In this document: positions 24,846 to 26,064 of the stretch, piece by piece | Numbering within the stretch: position 1 is the stretch's first letter | Layout: each line of letters starts with the position of its first letter | Source of the DNA: Candidatus Heimdallarchaeota archaeon | GTDB lineage: Archaea > Asgardarchaeota > Heimdallarchaeia > Heimdallarchaeales > Heimdallarchaeaceae | Direction: 5' to 3' | DNA length: 26,064 nucleotides | Assembly (NCBI GenBank): GCA_018238545.1 | Contig: JABCTC010000048.1 | Coordinates: forward strand, 1 to 26,064 | Translations under genes and position numbers: made by a program | Notes under the pieces: generated by a model | Told to the model about the DNA's origin: nothing | Seen by the model: only the letters and a program-made list of their open reading frames with translations | Databases searched by the model: none

Positions 24846-26064
24846 TTGTTTTTGAGTTTGAGTGTTATAATTGTTTTTTTATTAATAAGTACTTCTTTGA
24901 TTAACATAGTTAGCACACAAGCTCAACTAGAAACAAATGAGAATCAAAATAATATTGATTCCTTTGATAGAACTACTTGGGAATGGTCTATTACAGAAGT
25001 CGTTTCCACTGAAAGTACACAAAGTTCTTCTTCTTCTTCTTCTTCGATTGCTGTCGATGCTGCAGGGAATGTACATATAGCTTGGTATGATCGTACTGAT
25101 TATGCTGGAAGTGGAACAGATTCAGATATTTTCTATAAACACTGGGATGCTTCTACTTCCTTATGGATCATAACAGAGGTCATTTCAACAGAAAGTACAG
25201 GAACTTCTTCATCTCCTTCACTTGCTGTTGACACTTCTGGGAATGTGCATCTAGCGTGGGAAGATTTTACTAATTATGCTGGGAGTGGTACAGATTATGA
25301 TATTTTCTACAAACGCTGGGAAGCTTCCACCTCTGCTTGGACTACTACAGAAGTCGTGTCAACAGAAAGTACAGGTCATTCTTTTAGTCCTTCACTTGTT
25401 GTTGACACTTCTGGAAATGTACATCTAGCGTGGGAAGATTATACTGACTATGCTGGTGCAGGAATAGATGTGGATATTTTCTATAAACTCTGGGATGCTT
25501 CTACCTCTACTTGGATCATTACAGAAGTCGTTTCCACCGAAAGTACAGGAAATTCTTATGAGCCTTCTCTTGCTGTCGATACGTTGGGGAATGTACTTAT
25601 AGCTTGGTATGATCACACTGATTATACTGGAAGTGGAACAGATGTAGATATTTTCTACAAACGCTGGGATGCTTCTACCTCCTTATGGACATCCACAGAA
25701 GTCGTTTCCACCGAAAGTACAGGTGGTTCTTATAAGCCTTCTCTTGCTATAGATACTTTAGGGAATGTGCACATAGCTTGGTATGATTCTACTGATTATG
25801 CTGGATCTGGATCAGATTTTGATATTTTCTACAAACGCTGGGACATTTCTACCTCCTTATGGACCGCTACAGAAGTCGTTTCCACCGAAAGTATAAGAAC
25901 TTCTGATGATCCTTCTCTTAATATTGATGCTGCTGGAAATGTACATATAGCCTGGGAAGATGAGACTATTTATGCTGGAAGTGGAATAGATAATGATATT
26001 TTCTATAAACACCAGAACTCTTACACCTCTACTTGGTCCACTACAGAAGTAGTGTCAACAGAAA
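24846..26064 (+). CDS. Secreted tandem-repeat protein, probable beta-propeller; 3' end outside the window
   Basis: Frame open from 24780 (after TGA 24777) to the window end; first conventional start is TTG 24846; signal-like LFLSLSVIIVFLLISTSLINIVSTQA; then 58-aa repeats TEVVSTEST..PSLAVD..GNVHIAW.D.TDYAGSG.D.DIFYK.W. Absent from the ORF track. Confidence 0.9.
   Translation, partial: MFLSLSVIIVFLLISTSLINIVSTQAQLETNENQNNIDSFDRTTWEWSITEVVSTESTQSSSSSSSSIAVDAAGNVHIAWYDRTDYAGSGTDSDIFYKHWDASTSLWIITEVISTESTGTSSSPSLAVDTSGNVHLAWEDFTNYAGSGTDYDIFYKRWEASTSAWTTTEVVSTESTGHSFSPSLVVDTSGNVHLAWEDYTDYAGAGIDVDIFYKLWDASTSTWIITEVVSTESTGNSYEPSLAVDTLGNVLIAWYDHTDYTGSGTDVDIFYKRWDASTSLWTSTEVVSTESTGGSYKPSLAIDTLGNVHIAWYDSTDYAGSGSDFDIFYKRWDISTSLWTATEVVSTESIRTSDDPSLNIDAAGNVHIAWEDETIYAGSGIDNDIFYKHQNSYTSTWSTTEVVSTE
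24993..26064 (+). repeat. 174-bp coding tandem repeat, 6 full units plus the start of a 7th
   Basis: Units start at 24993, 25173, 25347, 25521, 25695, 25869 and 26043; the first unit is 180 bp because of (TCT)6 at 25026-25043. Confidence 0.95.

Noticed and set aside
1551-25616. Short antisense or overlapping ORFs in the track (e.g. 1551, 3797, 4676, 8179, 12488, 13107, 16659, 17668, 18781-20706 plus strand, 21617, 23012, 23220, 23721, 24665, 25425)
   Set aside because: Shadows of longer genes with recognisable motifs; no independent start signals or family motifs.
24993-26064. CRISPR array or confirmed DGR variable region
   Set aside because: The 174-bp in-frame coding units have no repeat-spacer structure; no cas genes, reverse transcriptase or template repeat in the window.

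Overview
AT-rich window (roughly 30-33% GC by eye) that reads as archaeal chromosome: TATA boxes about 22-30 nt before many start codons (leaderless genes), AGGTGA Shine-Dalgarno sites inside operons, oligo-T terminators, an archaemetzincin-like gene and an archaeal PhoU/TrkA-C protein. An Asgard (Heimdallarchaeia-like) source is my inference, not proven. Recognisable genes: EamA and MFS transporters, an orphan gamma-class N6-adenine methyltransferase, a bacterial-type RNase III with intact catalytic motifs, DegV, an M19 dipeptidase, a monoacylglycerol lipase-like hydrolase, a DUF134-NifX-NifX-ATPase-ATPase operon with a perfect palindromic operator, and a lone DppB/OppB permease. Not explained by the ORF track: (i) a ~143-nt, 52%-GC structured RNA candidate with its own TATA box (22630-22772, minus strand) that I cannot assign to a known family; (ii) a deletion-condensed dppB pseudogene; (iii) a secreted 174-bp tandem-repeat (probable beta-propeller) gene running off the right end, with a fixed scaffold and a few hypervariable codons per repeat; (iv) the 5' end of a gene at the left edge. 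Also notable: two full-length paralogues of an unassigned ~580-aa membrane protein 18 kb apart, and an archaemetzincin that has lost its catalytic zinc ligands.
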